Below are positions 34,972 through 45,306 of a stretch of DNA of 48,673 nt, piece after piece. The first letter of the stretch is position 1. Every line of letters begins with the position of its first letter. Below the pieces are notes generated by a model. That model did not search any database, was not told the DNA's origin, and saw nothing but the letters and a program-made list of their open reading frames with translations. The DNA comes from Thraustochytrium aureum (taxonomy: Eukaryota): assembly GCA_012862495.1 (NCBI GenBank), contig BLSG01000177.1, forward strand, positions 2,294-50,966, written 5' to 3'. A program made the translations under genes and the position numbers.

Positions 34972-35952
34972 ATGGGGCAACGGGCTTCGACGGCCACGGC
35001 GCAGACGGCCAGAGCCGTGGCGAAGAAGGGGCCGCAGGCCGACGTCGCTTGGAGAGATGGCTTTGCGCAAATGGTTCTGAGCAGGCGCAGCGCGAGAGGG
35101 TTTGTAGATCACGGCGACGACGCGGCGGGAATTGCCAAGCTTGAAGCTGACGTCGCCGAGGCGCTTGCGCTTGCTCAGCGGGCACCGTCAGGGTTCAACG
35201 TGCAGCCGTACCGCGCTGTGGTTGTGCGCGACGCTCTCGTCCGGAAGCAGCTCGCATATACTATGCTTGGAGGCAATATCCGCCGTGTCTTGGAGGCGCC
35301 AGTCACGGTGGTGTGGCTCGCGGACCTTCAGGCGTGGAAGCTCGTTGATCAAGTGGCCCGCCTTGAGCGCGAAAGAGGCGGAGCCACGCACCGCGAGAGC
35401 GAAAACCTTGCTTCCGACGCAAAGTTTCTCCTGGGCAATATGGGGGGCGCCGCGACTGGGCCGCCCGCGGGGCAAGCTGGCGCTTCGCTCTTCCGCAGCA
35501 TCCTCGATAGGCCGCTCCCTGGCGCAGCATGCGCTGAGAGCGCAGCTCACACAGCGGAAATGTCGACGAAACGGGCCCTGATGACCTTGCTCTCTCAGGT
35601 GACGCAGGCGCCGACAATCAACTCGAGCGCCGAGGCATGGGCCTTTAAGAACACCATGCTCGCAGCCCAGACCTACCTCCTCGCTATGAGCGCATTTGGG
35701 TACGACAGCTGCCCGATGGAGGGTTTCGACGCCCGCCGCGTCATGGAGGTCGTCTCCGCCCCTCAAGACCGCTACAGCATCCCCCTCGTCATCTCTTCGG
35801 GCCGCGCGTCCAAGCCAAGCGTCCCTGCGCCAGAGCGGCCCAGGTTTGCTTTCGAAGACGTCTTTTGCCGTGACTCGTTTGACTTTCCGCTGTACAGAGC
35901 TGAAGACAACAACACAGGGGAAGGGAGCGCTGCCAAGAGCGACGCCAAATAG
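34972..35952 (+). CDS. Nitroreductase family FMN-dependent oxidoreductase
   Basis: Motifs SRRSARGF, AQRAPSGFNVQPYRAVVV, EAPVTVVWLAD, WAFKNTMLAAQTYLLAMSAFGYDSCPMEGFD and IPLVISSG. The true start may lie further upstream. Confidence 0.92.
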   Translation: MGQRASTATAQTARAVAKKGPQADVAWRDGFAQMVLSRRSARGFVDHGDDAAGIAKLEADVAEALALAQRAPSGFNVQPYRAVVVRDALVRKQLAYTMLGGNIRRVLEAPVTVVWLADLQAWKLVDQVARLERERGGATHRESENLASDAKFLLGNMGGAATGPPAGQAGASLFRSILDRPLPGAACAESAAHTAEMSTKRALMTLLSQVTQAPTINSSAEAWAFKNTMLAAQTYLLAMSAFGYDSCPMEGFDARRVMEVVSAPQDRYSIPLVISSGRASKPSVPAPERPRFAFEDVFCRDSFDFPLYRAEDNNTGEGSAAKSDAK

Positions 35953-36146
35953 ACGCGGCGCCGAACACGCGGCGCCGAACCGGGCTGTCGGACAACGCAA
36001 GGCGGGCGGCCGCGCTCTCTCGCTTGGGCGTGCTTCAGGCTCATCGCCAGCGTGAAAAAGCAAAGCGAAGCGCGCGTTCCAGAGGCCGTCGCCGCCCGTG
36101 GGGCGTTGCGCGGGCCCAAAGCACCGCCATCTGTTCTGATCCGCTT

Positions 36147-39100
36147 TTAGCGCTCACTCTGCCGGAGGGCGACTTGCGGTTTCTCCCAAAGTGGTGTTGG
36201 CGGGACCTGGTCCCACTTGGACTTGACGTAGGCCTTGATCATCCCAGAGATCCGACCCGACCGGAACCGTTTCGTAAAAAAGTAGACCCAAATTGCGAGC
36301 TCGTAGGCCATGCGAGGTGCCAACAGCAGGAACGCCGCAAGCATCGCAGTGGCGACGACGAGGCGCAGCGTGACCGGCTCATTCTCCCAGGTAAGCAGCG
36401 CGCGAAACTTGAGCAGAAACATGTTTGTCCGCTGCAGCAGCTTTTTCAACTTGGCGTACTTGACTTTGATGTCCCGGTACTTTTGGAGCAGCGTCTTCTT
36501 CCTCTTCGGCGGCACGTACAGCTTGGCAAAGCCGTGCTTTCGGCGGAGGCCGCGCAGCTGCATCAAGTAAAGGACCACCGTACCGAGGACGAGGCCCCCA
36601 AAGTAGGCTGTGTAGCCGCCGATGATCAGCACCAGGCTGCTCAACCCGAGGCCGGCCGTAAACCCGGGGCTCTCCCACCGGATCACAGAATCGTAAATGT
36701 GCTTTGTCTCCACCAGAGCGTCGCGCACCGGCTCCAGAATACTCTTGAGGAGGTCAAAGTTCTGGCCCATGCTCTTCAGCTTGGCCGCAGACCGCACCAT
36801 GTCGCTCTGCATGAGTTTTGCTTGCTCAAGCCNNNNNNNNNNNNNNNNNNNNNNNNNNNNNNNNNNNNNNNNNNNNNNNNNNNNNNNNNNNNNNNNNNNN
36901 NNNNNNNNNNNNNNNNNNNNNNNNNNNNNNNNNNNNNNNNNNNNNNNNNNNNNAAGCAGGGCTCCAGGCGCACAAGCCTCCAAGGCAGAAGCGCCGCCCC
37001 TACCGTATCCTGCGCCATCAGGAGCACGGGCAGCAACTCGACCCGGGCTGGACTTGGGCCGCTCGCGCCCTTCTGGAAGCATGTCGGACTGCGCCGTCGG
37101 GGAAGGAGTATTCTCGACAGCCTCAGCAACGCTCCAGAGCGCAGGGGAGCCAGTGCCATAGGCTTCGGACTTGCGGATGCCCGCTTGCAGAGGCGGCGTC
37201 AGCCTCGCCGTCTGCAAGGCCACTATTGAGCGAGACGCGCGACCACACGACACGAGCGCCCGAGGCCCTTGCCGCCTCGTGGACGACCTCCGTGGCGAAC
37301 GAGTGCAACACACGGTTCGACAAAACGCGGATCGTGGTGCTCTTTTCAGAGTTGGGCTGGACCGCGCAGCAGACGAGATTCAGAAGCGCGAGGGGAGTCC
37401 AGCGCCGCCAGGACCAACGGTCCCCGAACGTCCCAAACGTGTCGACGCCATTAAGCCACTCCCACGGAGCCACGGACCCGTCGCTACCCCTGCTCAGGCG
37501 CAGCAACCCGCGAAAGCAAGTGAGGTCCCGCTCCATGACCTGCCTGGCGCGCGATTTGGCACCGGCGATCAGCTCCGCTTTGCTGGGAACAGGTCCAGTG
37601 CTACCGTCGCCCGAGCGCAGGGGCTCGATGGACGCCACGTCGTCGTTGATGAGCGGCTCGAGCGCGCACTGGCAAAAGATGCGAAACGCGATCACCTCCC
37701 GGACCAGGAGAATGTCTGCGTCACGCTTGCGCCAGTTGCTGTTCGCCGGGAACCGAAACACGCTGTACCGAGCGACAGTGAGCGCCGGGATCTTGATTTG
37801 GAAGCTGTACACCCGACTTGCAGCCGATTCGCCCCCGCCGCTCTGCTGCTCAGGCCGCCGCCGACGGGTTGCGGCGTCCGTGCCGCTGTGCTCTGAACTC
37901 GCGCCGCCCTCATCCCCCGAGTGCGCCTCGTTCTCCGAGAGGTCCCCCGACACGTCGAGGAGATCCTGAAGAAGGGTGTCAGCCTCGTTCCCCGAGATTG
38001 GCAACATGTTCATATCGGCGCCGTCGAGGTCTTCGTCCCGGCGAGTCTCGAAGAGCTCCAACATCGACCCTGGCGAGGGCAACTGCTCTGCGATTGCAGC
38101 AGCACTCGCCGGTGAGGGCGAGCGCTCCGTGCCCACGGCGGGGCTTGCGCTCTTCTCCTCGCGCGACTTGGACGCGTCGGCGTCGGGGTCCTCCGGGAAT
38201 GGGAACTCGCGAGCCTTGGTCCTGAAACCAATCATAAGCCCATAGTCGACCGACCCATTACTCTCCAAAACTTGAACAGCATCCCAGAGCGACTCGCGCT
38301 GCACCTCGTTTTGGTGGAACACGTGCTTTTTGCAAAAGTAGACGGCATGCGTCGTCACCACCAGTCTGCCACCGAATTGAGATTTGCGCAGGAAGGCGGC
38401 CTCGCTCCGCCCGCCGCGGACCTTTTCAATCACTCGGACCACCCGCTCGCCGTCCACGCCGACCGTGCTCCTTAGCTGAGGAAAGTCGGCGAGGGCGCGC
38501 CTGCGGGCCAGCTCGAGGGCCGTGAGCTCGGCCTGCAGCGCTTTGATGTACGAGTCGAAGACGGGGTATCTCAGCGAGAGCACCTGGCCGCTCATCGAGG
38601 CGGCGCGCGCGGCGCGCTCGCCGAATTGCACTAGAAGCAGCGCATCAAAGACCTGGTGAGCGTTCAAGTACTGGCAAAGCGGCGGGAGCAGCGGCGCAAA
38701 CTGCGACCAGGAGCTCCGCGTAATTACCGACGAGTCGGCATCCGCCAACAAGTCGAACGCTTCCCCAGGCGAGGCGAAGACAAAGCATGCCACCGCCGCG
38801 GCGGCCTCTCGCTCCTCGGAAACCCCGCTCCCGCCCTTCTCGGTGGAGGGCTCGGCCACGTTCGAGCGGCGCGTCTCGAACGACGAGAGCGCTTTTCTGA
38901 TGTTGGCCACCCTGGCTGCGGCCTCTGCAGAGCTCCTTTTCCGCTGCTCCTGGTATGCGACGTCCCGCGATATCCCTTTGTCGCTGTCGCCGCCTTGGAT
39001 GTCCAAGCTGCTTGCCGACTTGGAGAGACGCTTGCGCATGAAAATGCGCGGCATTCTGCTCGACGAGCTGCGGATCATGGGCGCTGGGGGGGCGCCGAAC

Positions 39101-40687
39101 ACGGCCTCCGGTTCTCCAGCGAGCAGCTCCGCGGGCTCGCCCTTGCTGTTTGCATTTCTTTTCGGCATGCGTCCGAGCCGAAACATCGACGACGGCGTTT
39201 TCTCCAGGCGCGGCGGCGACAACACCGGACGAATCGCCGACGGCTCTGGCGAGAGGGACCGGCCTCGTGCGCCGCGCGCTGCCTTGGCCCCGACCAGACT
39301 CTGCCCCGAGTCCGCCAGGACCGCGCCCCCTTGGAGGGCGCTGTCAGGCGCAAACACCATGAGGACGGCGCGCACTTGCAACTTGCCCATCTTCTGGTAC
39401 GCGTTGCCGCCGAGCTCCGTCTGTGCAGGCACGGGGGACTTTAGCGGGGAGGGTAGCCCCGCCGACCGCTGATCGTCAGCGTTTGGCTCCTTGTCGCCCT
39501 CGTCCGACTCGTTCTCGTCCGACGAGTGGTCCACCGGATATTTACTGGTTGACCCTTCCAGGTCCATGGCGAACGCATCGCGCTGCGACGCCCAGTCGGT
39601 CGAGGCTGCGCTCGTCTTTGCCCCGCCCTTGATGAATGCTCCCCGCATCGCAAGAAAGACGTTTGCGGTGTCCTTGGATTTCGAACGGACCAAGCCGAGA
39701 TTGCCCCGTGGAACTGACGAGACGCCGCGCAGCGATTTCTTGGCGACCTGGAGCGTGTTGAGCGGTAGCGGGACCGACTTGCCGATGTTGGCTCGCGTCT
39801 TGCTCTTGCGGTGCGCGTAGACGGTCAGTTGGAGCGCAATCTCGCTTGGGCTGCCAGGCGCCTTTTCGCGCTCGCGGCCTGCCTTTGCGGCGGCGGCGGC
39901 GCCGAGGTCCCCGCTTGAGCCGTTTCCACCTTCGGTGCTCAAGCTGGCCTCTTTCGCTACGTCGATGAAGAAAGCAAAGGTCTCTTGCCAAGTCGGGTTG
40001 AGGTCGTTGCTGACGACTCTGGTCGTGCACGTCTCTGCGCCAACCTGCGCCACAGCGAAGGGGTTTGAGGTGCCCGACATGTTGTCTGCCAAGAGACCCT
40101 CGGCGGCTTCGAGGTGAACGTACAGCACGCACACCTCTCTCTTGCTATCTTTGACGTCGACGAGCCGAAAGAGGCGCTGGCGGGTGGACTTGAGCTTGCT
40201 GGAGTGTCCGGTCCCGACGATGACGCGCGCGGCCTCTAAGAGCTCGAGCACAGGGCCGGGGTGGGTTGAAACAGTGGCGTGGTCCCTATCCGGGCGAACG
40301 CGTTAGCGGGGCCGCTCGCAGAGCGCGCGAGGCGAGGAGCCGAGTGTGGCATCGGGAGTGATCGACTTACTTTTCTTCGCTCAAGCATTGCAGGACATCC
40401 TCGCCAAGAAAGCAGTCCTCGTACGTGTTCATCAAGCTCTTGATCGGCCGACGGTCCACCTTGGAGCTCAGCAGCTTGTGCGCCGCCCGCGGGTGCAGAA
40501 GCGGGAGCCCTGCCGGCCACGACATGGACCCCAGGACGCTGGCCTTGCGCCCGGACAGCGTCCAGCGCGCCAACCCGCCACCGCCCCCCCCCGCGGGCCC
40601 ATCAGTCGTCCCGCTAGCCGCCCCGCTCATCGACACGCCTTGTGGCGCAGGCCCGGCGCCGAGGCCACCGTTCGCGGGCGACCGCAT
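36147..40687 (-). CDS. Membrane protein with DEP, C2, GRAM/PH-like and PRT_C/DUF639-like C-terminal transmembrane domains
   Basis: An upstream exon (RRPIKSLMNTYEDCFLGEDVLQCL) is spliced through intron 40370-40286 (GTAAGT..GCTAAC..TAG) in frame to VLELLEAARVI...LFRL, completing a DEP domain. C2: VLYVHLEAAEGLLADNMSGTSNPFAVAQVG..TRVVSNDLNPTWQETFAF. GRAM-like: GRLVVTTHAVYF. C-terminus: IRWESP..TM..LLKFRALLTWENEPVT..TM..WDQVP. There is a frame break at ~37180 and a gap at 36833-36953. The start codon (40687 or 40630) is uncertain. Confidence 0.8.
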
Positions 40688-42831
40688 TCTCGAGCTGCCA
40701 AATGTCGCCACAGAAATATCCTCAGAACAGCCTCTGCTCGCTCGCGCCAGCCGCGGGCTTCGCAAGGCAGCGGGCGCGGCAGCGGTCCGCTCACGCGCGG
40801 AGTGTGTTTCGGGCTGCGCGGGCCGCCTCCGCCCTGCAAGAGGTCCTGGAAGTTGGAACTGCTGCTCCCTCAAGGAGTTTTTTTGGCTCTCCAGGCCGTT
40901 GACCGCGCAGACGCCACGCCGCAGGACCTCAGTCAGCCGAGGACTCTGCCGGCTACACGGACCCGGCCGTCCATGCGGGCTCGGCCGTCCATTGGGCTGG
41001 CCGCTCGAGGGCTTTCCAATCGCCAGGAGAGCACTTGCCTAGTGCCGAGTTCATTGGGGAGTTGGCCCCCGGCGCCCGTGCTTGGGCTTGTAGCCAGGTC
41101 CAAGGCCGTGGAGGGCGTGGGCGTGGAGGAGCAGCTGGGCTTGCGTTTTGTTATTCTGCTCAGCCTAGCTGTTTTCCTGCGCCCGATGAGTTCGGGCCGC
41201 CGTGGTGCTTCAAGAAAGGGTCGTCCGCGCTTGCGAGCTGCCTGTACCAGCTCGCCGCCGCCCGAGCCAGCGCATCGCTTCGCGCTGATGAGACGACTAC
41301 CGGCCCCTTCCAGTCACAATCCCGCGCGTGATCGGGGCATGGCGCTCACGGATTCTCCCACCTCAGTTGACAGCCAGCGCGTACTGCTCGCGTCCGGCCG
41401 CGCAGGCGCCGCTTCGCAGATTCGCTTCTTCGTCCCGTGTAGACGACAGTGTTACAGTACGAGCAGCGAGCGAGCACTGCTTCGGCGTCTAGCTAGCTGG
41501 TTGCCACCCCTCCAGGAGGTGATGGCATCCAAGGCCGTGTTCATCACCCATGCAACCGCGCTCACGCAGAACACAGCAAACCGCAGTCGGCCAAACCAAC
41601 AACAAGTCTTCTCTCCCGCTGAGCCGCAAAGCGGCTGCACGCCTCGATCGCGCGGCCGTTCGCACGGCTCGCGAGCCGCAGCACCACCTGATTTCCATCA
41701 TCGAGGTCGTCCAAATGGCATGACCACCATCTTGCAAACGACCGAACAGCACGATACCAGGCATATAAACAGCCGGCAGTCCTCCACAGCGAGGCTGGAG
41801 GCGGCCATGCGGCAAGTCGGTGGCCTCCGCGTCGACCCGCCGCTGCAGCGTGATGGCTCGCCCGCGCCTTCTGGCCACCTTGCACTCGTAATTCAACCGA
41901 CTCGCGCGCCCTCAAGCAAGTACCTGCCCNNNNNNNNNNNNNNNNNNNNNNNNNNNNNNNNNNNNNNNNNNNNNNNNNNNNNNNNNNNNNNNNNNNNNNN
42001 NNNNNNNNNNNNNNNNNNNNNNNNNNNNNNNNNNNNNNNNNNNNNNNNNNNNNNNNNNNNNNNNNNNNNNNNNNNNNNNNNNNNNNNNNNNNNNNNNNNN
42101 NNNNNNNNNNNNNNNNNNNNNNNNNNNNNNNNNNNNNNNNNNNNNNNNNNNNNNNNNNNNNNNNNNNNNNNNNNNNNNNNNNNNNNNNNNNNNNNNNNNN
42201 NNNNNNNNNNNNNNNNNNNNNNNNNNNNNNNNNNNNNNNNNNNNNNNNNNNNNNNNNNNNNNNNNNNNNNNNNNNNNNNNNNNNNNNNNNNNNNNNNNNN
42301 NNNNNNNNNNNNNNNNNNNNNNNNNNNNNNNNNNNNNNNNNNNNNNNNNNNNNNNNNNNNNNNNNNNNNNNNNNNNNNNNNNNNNNNNNNNNNNNNNNNN
42401 NNNNNNNNNNNNNNNNNNNNNNNNNNNNNNNNNNNNNNNNNNNNNNNNNNNNNNNNNNNNNNNNNNNNNNNNNNNNNNNNNNNNNNNNNNNNNNNNNNNN
42501 NNNNNNNNNNNNNNNNNNNNNNNNNNNNNNNNNNNNNNNNNNNNNNNNNNNNNNNNNNNNNNNNNNNNNNNNNNNNNNNNNNNNNNNNNNNNNNNNNNNN
42601 NNNNNNNNNNNNNNNNNNNNNNNNNNNNNNNNNNNNNNNNNNNNNNNNNNNNNNNNNNNNNNNNNNNNNNNNNNNNNNNNNNNNNNNNNNNNNNNNNNNN
42701 NNNNNNNNNNNNNNNNNNNNNNNNNNNNNNNNNNNNNNNNNNNNNNNNNNNNNNNNNNNNNNNNNNNNNNNNNNNNNNNNNNNNNNNNNNNNNNNNNNNN
42801 NNNNNNNNNNNNNNNNNNNNNNNNNNNNNNT

Positions 42832-45057
42832 CTTGTCACGTTTGCGTGGGAGTACAAGTTCGGGCTTGTGCAACTGAGCTGGCTCCCAGGGGAGGGCTCC
42901 GCGGGGCGGTCTCCGCTACGCGGCATTGCCTACATCGGCTTGTCTTCAGGGTGCTTTTTCTCCTACCCAACAATGCTGAGCGCTGTCGTAATGGTGATTT
43001 GCGGGCTGGCCAACTTGAAGGCCTTCGAGCGAGGCGAGGTTGTCGACCCCAAGACCCTTGTGCACGAGTCGTACTTGCTCTGCTCGTGCGGAAGCGGGGG
43101 CGACGCGCGCACGCGCAGCGCGAGCGGGCAAGACGACGGAGAAGAGGCCCCAAACGCCGTTGACCTTGGCGTTTGCGGCAAGTTGCAACGGTGGATCAAG
43201 CGCCAGGAGGAGATCGGAAACCTGGGCCAGGTCATCTTCGTGGCCCTCTTTGTGCTGATTAACGTGGCGCTGTTCTTGCAGCGCCTGACGAGCTGGCTCG
43301 ACTTGGTGGCGGCCAACCAGCTTGGGTGCGGCCCCAACACGATGCACGAGTGCGTGAGCGACTTCGCGCCCTGGGCCAAAGCGTTCGGGCAGCTCTTGAA
43401 CTTTAACTGCGCGATGCTCCTTCTTCCGGTGCTCAAGACGCTGATCCGCAAGCTCAACAACTGGATCGTGGTGGGCTCCGGGTGCGCCACCAAGTTGTTG
43501 CCGCCGTTGCGAAAGAACATTGTGTTCCACAAGTTTGTGGGCATTTTTGTGCTCGTTTGCACGATCGGGCACGTGTTGTTCCACTTTTTGAACATGATGG
43601 TGAGCCCTGAGGCCACGATGGCGGCGTTTACGTTTGGGGCGTTTCTGACTGGCTACCTGATTGCGCTTGCAATGTTTGTGATCTTTTCCGCGGCCCAGAA
43701 TCGCGTCAAGCGCGCCGACTACGAGGTGTTCTGGTGGGCGCACCACAGCTTTGTGGTATTCTACGTCTGCCTGCTGGCCCATGCGCCCATGTTTTGGGCC
43801 TGGGGCCTCGCGCCGGTGCTCGGGTATGTGGCCGAGCGCGCCTACCGGTACCGCATGCGGCACAAGGTGTTTTACGTTTCGCGCGTGGTCTACAAGAAGC
43901 CCGTGATGTGCGTCTCGTTCTTCCCGGAGCGCGCCAGCGAGTTTGTGTTCAAGGAGGGCCAGTACCTCTACTTGCTCGCTCCTTCGCTGAGCAGGTGGGA
44001 GTGGCACCCTTTCACGATATCGTCGGCCATGGAGGACCTCGACCGCAAGGACGGCGAAGTCACGCTTCACATTCGCGTCCAAGGCCCGGGGAGCTGGACT
44101 CGTCGGCTCTGCAACGTGTTTGAAAGCATGGCGCCAAGCCNNNNNNNNNNNNNNNNNNNNNNNNNNNNNNNNNNNNNNNNNNNNNNNNNNNNNNNNNNNN
44201 NNNNNNNNNNNNNNNNNNNNNNNNNNNNNNNNNNNNNNNNNNNNNNNNNNNNNNNNNNNNNNNNNNNNNNNNNNNNNNNNNNNNNNNNNNNNNNNNNNNN
44301 NNNNNNNNNNNNNNNNNNNNNNNNNNNNNNNNNNNNNNNNNNNNNNNNNNNNNNNNNNGAGGTCATGCTTGTGGGCGCCGGGATCGGGCTCACGCCGTCG
44401 TCGGCCATTCTGCAGTCGGTCTTGCGTCACAAGTGGAAGAAGGGCTTCTCGCCCAAGACGATCTACTTTTACTTTGTGGTGCGCCACTCGGAGATCTTTT
44501 CGTTCCGCTGGTTCATCAAGCTCATCGCAGAGCTCCAGCAAGGCGTTGCGAATGACTTTGCGTCGGGCAGCCTGGACCACGGGACCAACCGCGTCCAGAT
44601 CCACCTGTTCGTCACTGGGGCTCCGCGCGGGGCTGGCGCCGGGGCAGACCGCGTCGAGCGGCAGCTAAGTATCGGCGGAGGGCGCGAGAGCGCCGAGTCT
44701 GTCGCGCGCGCTGCGCGGCGTGCTGGCGTGGACGTCAATCTGGGGTTTACTGCAAACGAAGTCGAGTCGGCGATGCTCAACCCAGAGGTTTCGAGCAAGG
44801 AGTTTGTTCGCGTTGCGAGTTCTGGGCCAGGCGCGCGCAGCGCCAACAAGTTTGAAAACATATTCATTTGGAATGGCCGGCCTCAATGGGACGAGATATT
44901 CTCGTACGTCAAGCTGCAGCGGCAGCGCACAACCAACCGCGTTGGCGTTTGCTTTTGCGGGACGCCGATCATCGGCAAGGACCTCAAGGACCTGTGCCAC
45001 AAGTATAGCTCGCTCGTCGAGAACGTCATCTTTGCGCTGCACAAGGAGAACTTTTGA
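42832..45057 (+). CDS. NOX: NADPH oxidase (NOX, gp91phox-like) with an in-frame N-terminal p22phox-like domain; 5' end in the gap
   Basis: TM2: WAKAFGQLLNFNCAMLLLPV. Heme His pairs: FHKFVG..GHVLFH and WAHHSF..LAH. FAD site: FKEGQY, EWHPFTISS, HIR..GSWT. NADPH site: VMLVGAGIGLTP, GRPQW, VGVCFCG, HKENF*. The frame is open from the gap edge at 42832, and the internal gap 44141-44358 hides the xDGPxG region. Confidence 0.95.
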   Translation, partial: LVTFAWEYKFGLVQLSWLPGEGSAGRSPLRGIAYIGLSSGCFFSYPTMLSAVVMVICGLANLKAFERGEVVDPKTLVHESYLLCSCGSGGDARTRSASGQDDGEEAPNAVDLGVCGKLQRWIKRQEEIGNLGQVIFVALFVLINVALFLQRLTSWLDLVAANQLGCGPNTMHECVSDFAPWAKAFGQLLNFNCAMLLLPVLKTLIRKLNNWIVVGSGCATKLLPPLRKNIVFHKFVGIFVLVCTIGHVLFHFLNMMVSPEATMAAFTFGAFLTGYLIALAMFVIFSAAQNRVKRADYEVFWWAHHSFVVFYVCLLAHAPMFWAWGLAPVLGYVAERAYRYRMRHKVFYVSRVVYKKPVMCVSFFPERASEFVFKEGQYLYLLAPSLSRWEWHPFTISSAMEDLDRKDGEVTLHIRVQGPGSWTRRLCNVFESMAPSXXXXXXXXXXXXXXXXXXXXXXXXXXXXXXXXXXXXXXXXXXXXXXXXXXXXXXXXXXXXXXXXXXXXXXXXXEVMLVGAGIGLTPSSAILQSVLRHKWKKGFSPKTIYFYFVVRHSEIFSFRWFIKLIAELQQGVANDFASGSLDHGTNRVQIHLFVTGAPRGAGAGADRVERQLSIGGGRESAESVARAARRAGVDVNLGFTANEVESAMLNPEVSSKEFVRVASSGPGARSANKFENIFIWNGRPQWDEIFSYVKLQRQRTTNRVGVCFCGTPIIGKDLKDLCHKYSSLVENVIFALHKENF

Positions 45058-45306
45058 TTGGGCACACTCGAGTACCGTGCTCGTGGTTCCCTGGAGCAGC
45101 TATAGTCTAAGACAAAGACGGTTTGTTTGTAAATAGATCGAAACCGCACAGAGTGCTTTGATTGATCAGCATCACGGACGCAGAGGGCCCCCCTCTACCG
45201 TCCGTGGCTCGCCTGAGCAGCTCCTTGCGCTTTACGCGACGCGCCCAGCTTGCCACGGTGGGCAGCTTGTGCAAGCGACAGCGCCGCGCGTGCTCTCCGA
45301 GGGGAC

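Noticed and set aside
35953..35980. 14-bp tandem duplication ACGCGGCGCCGAAC x2 after the nitroreductase stop
   Set aside because: Two adjacent copies with no spacer or flanking element; ordinary slippage, not CRISPR or a target-site duplication.
40346..42877. 843-aa ORF and other ORFs running through N-gaps
   Set aside because: Their length is inflated by Ns, and the flanking translations are R/P/A/S-rich and look non-coding.
25250..45057. PX-domain gene as a p40/p47phox partner clustered with NOX
   Set aside because: The PX domain is at the protein's C-terminus with no SH3 or PB1 after it, lies 17 kb away with unrelated genes between, and PX domains are common.
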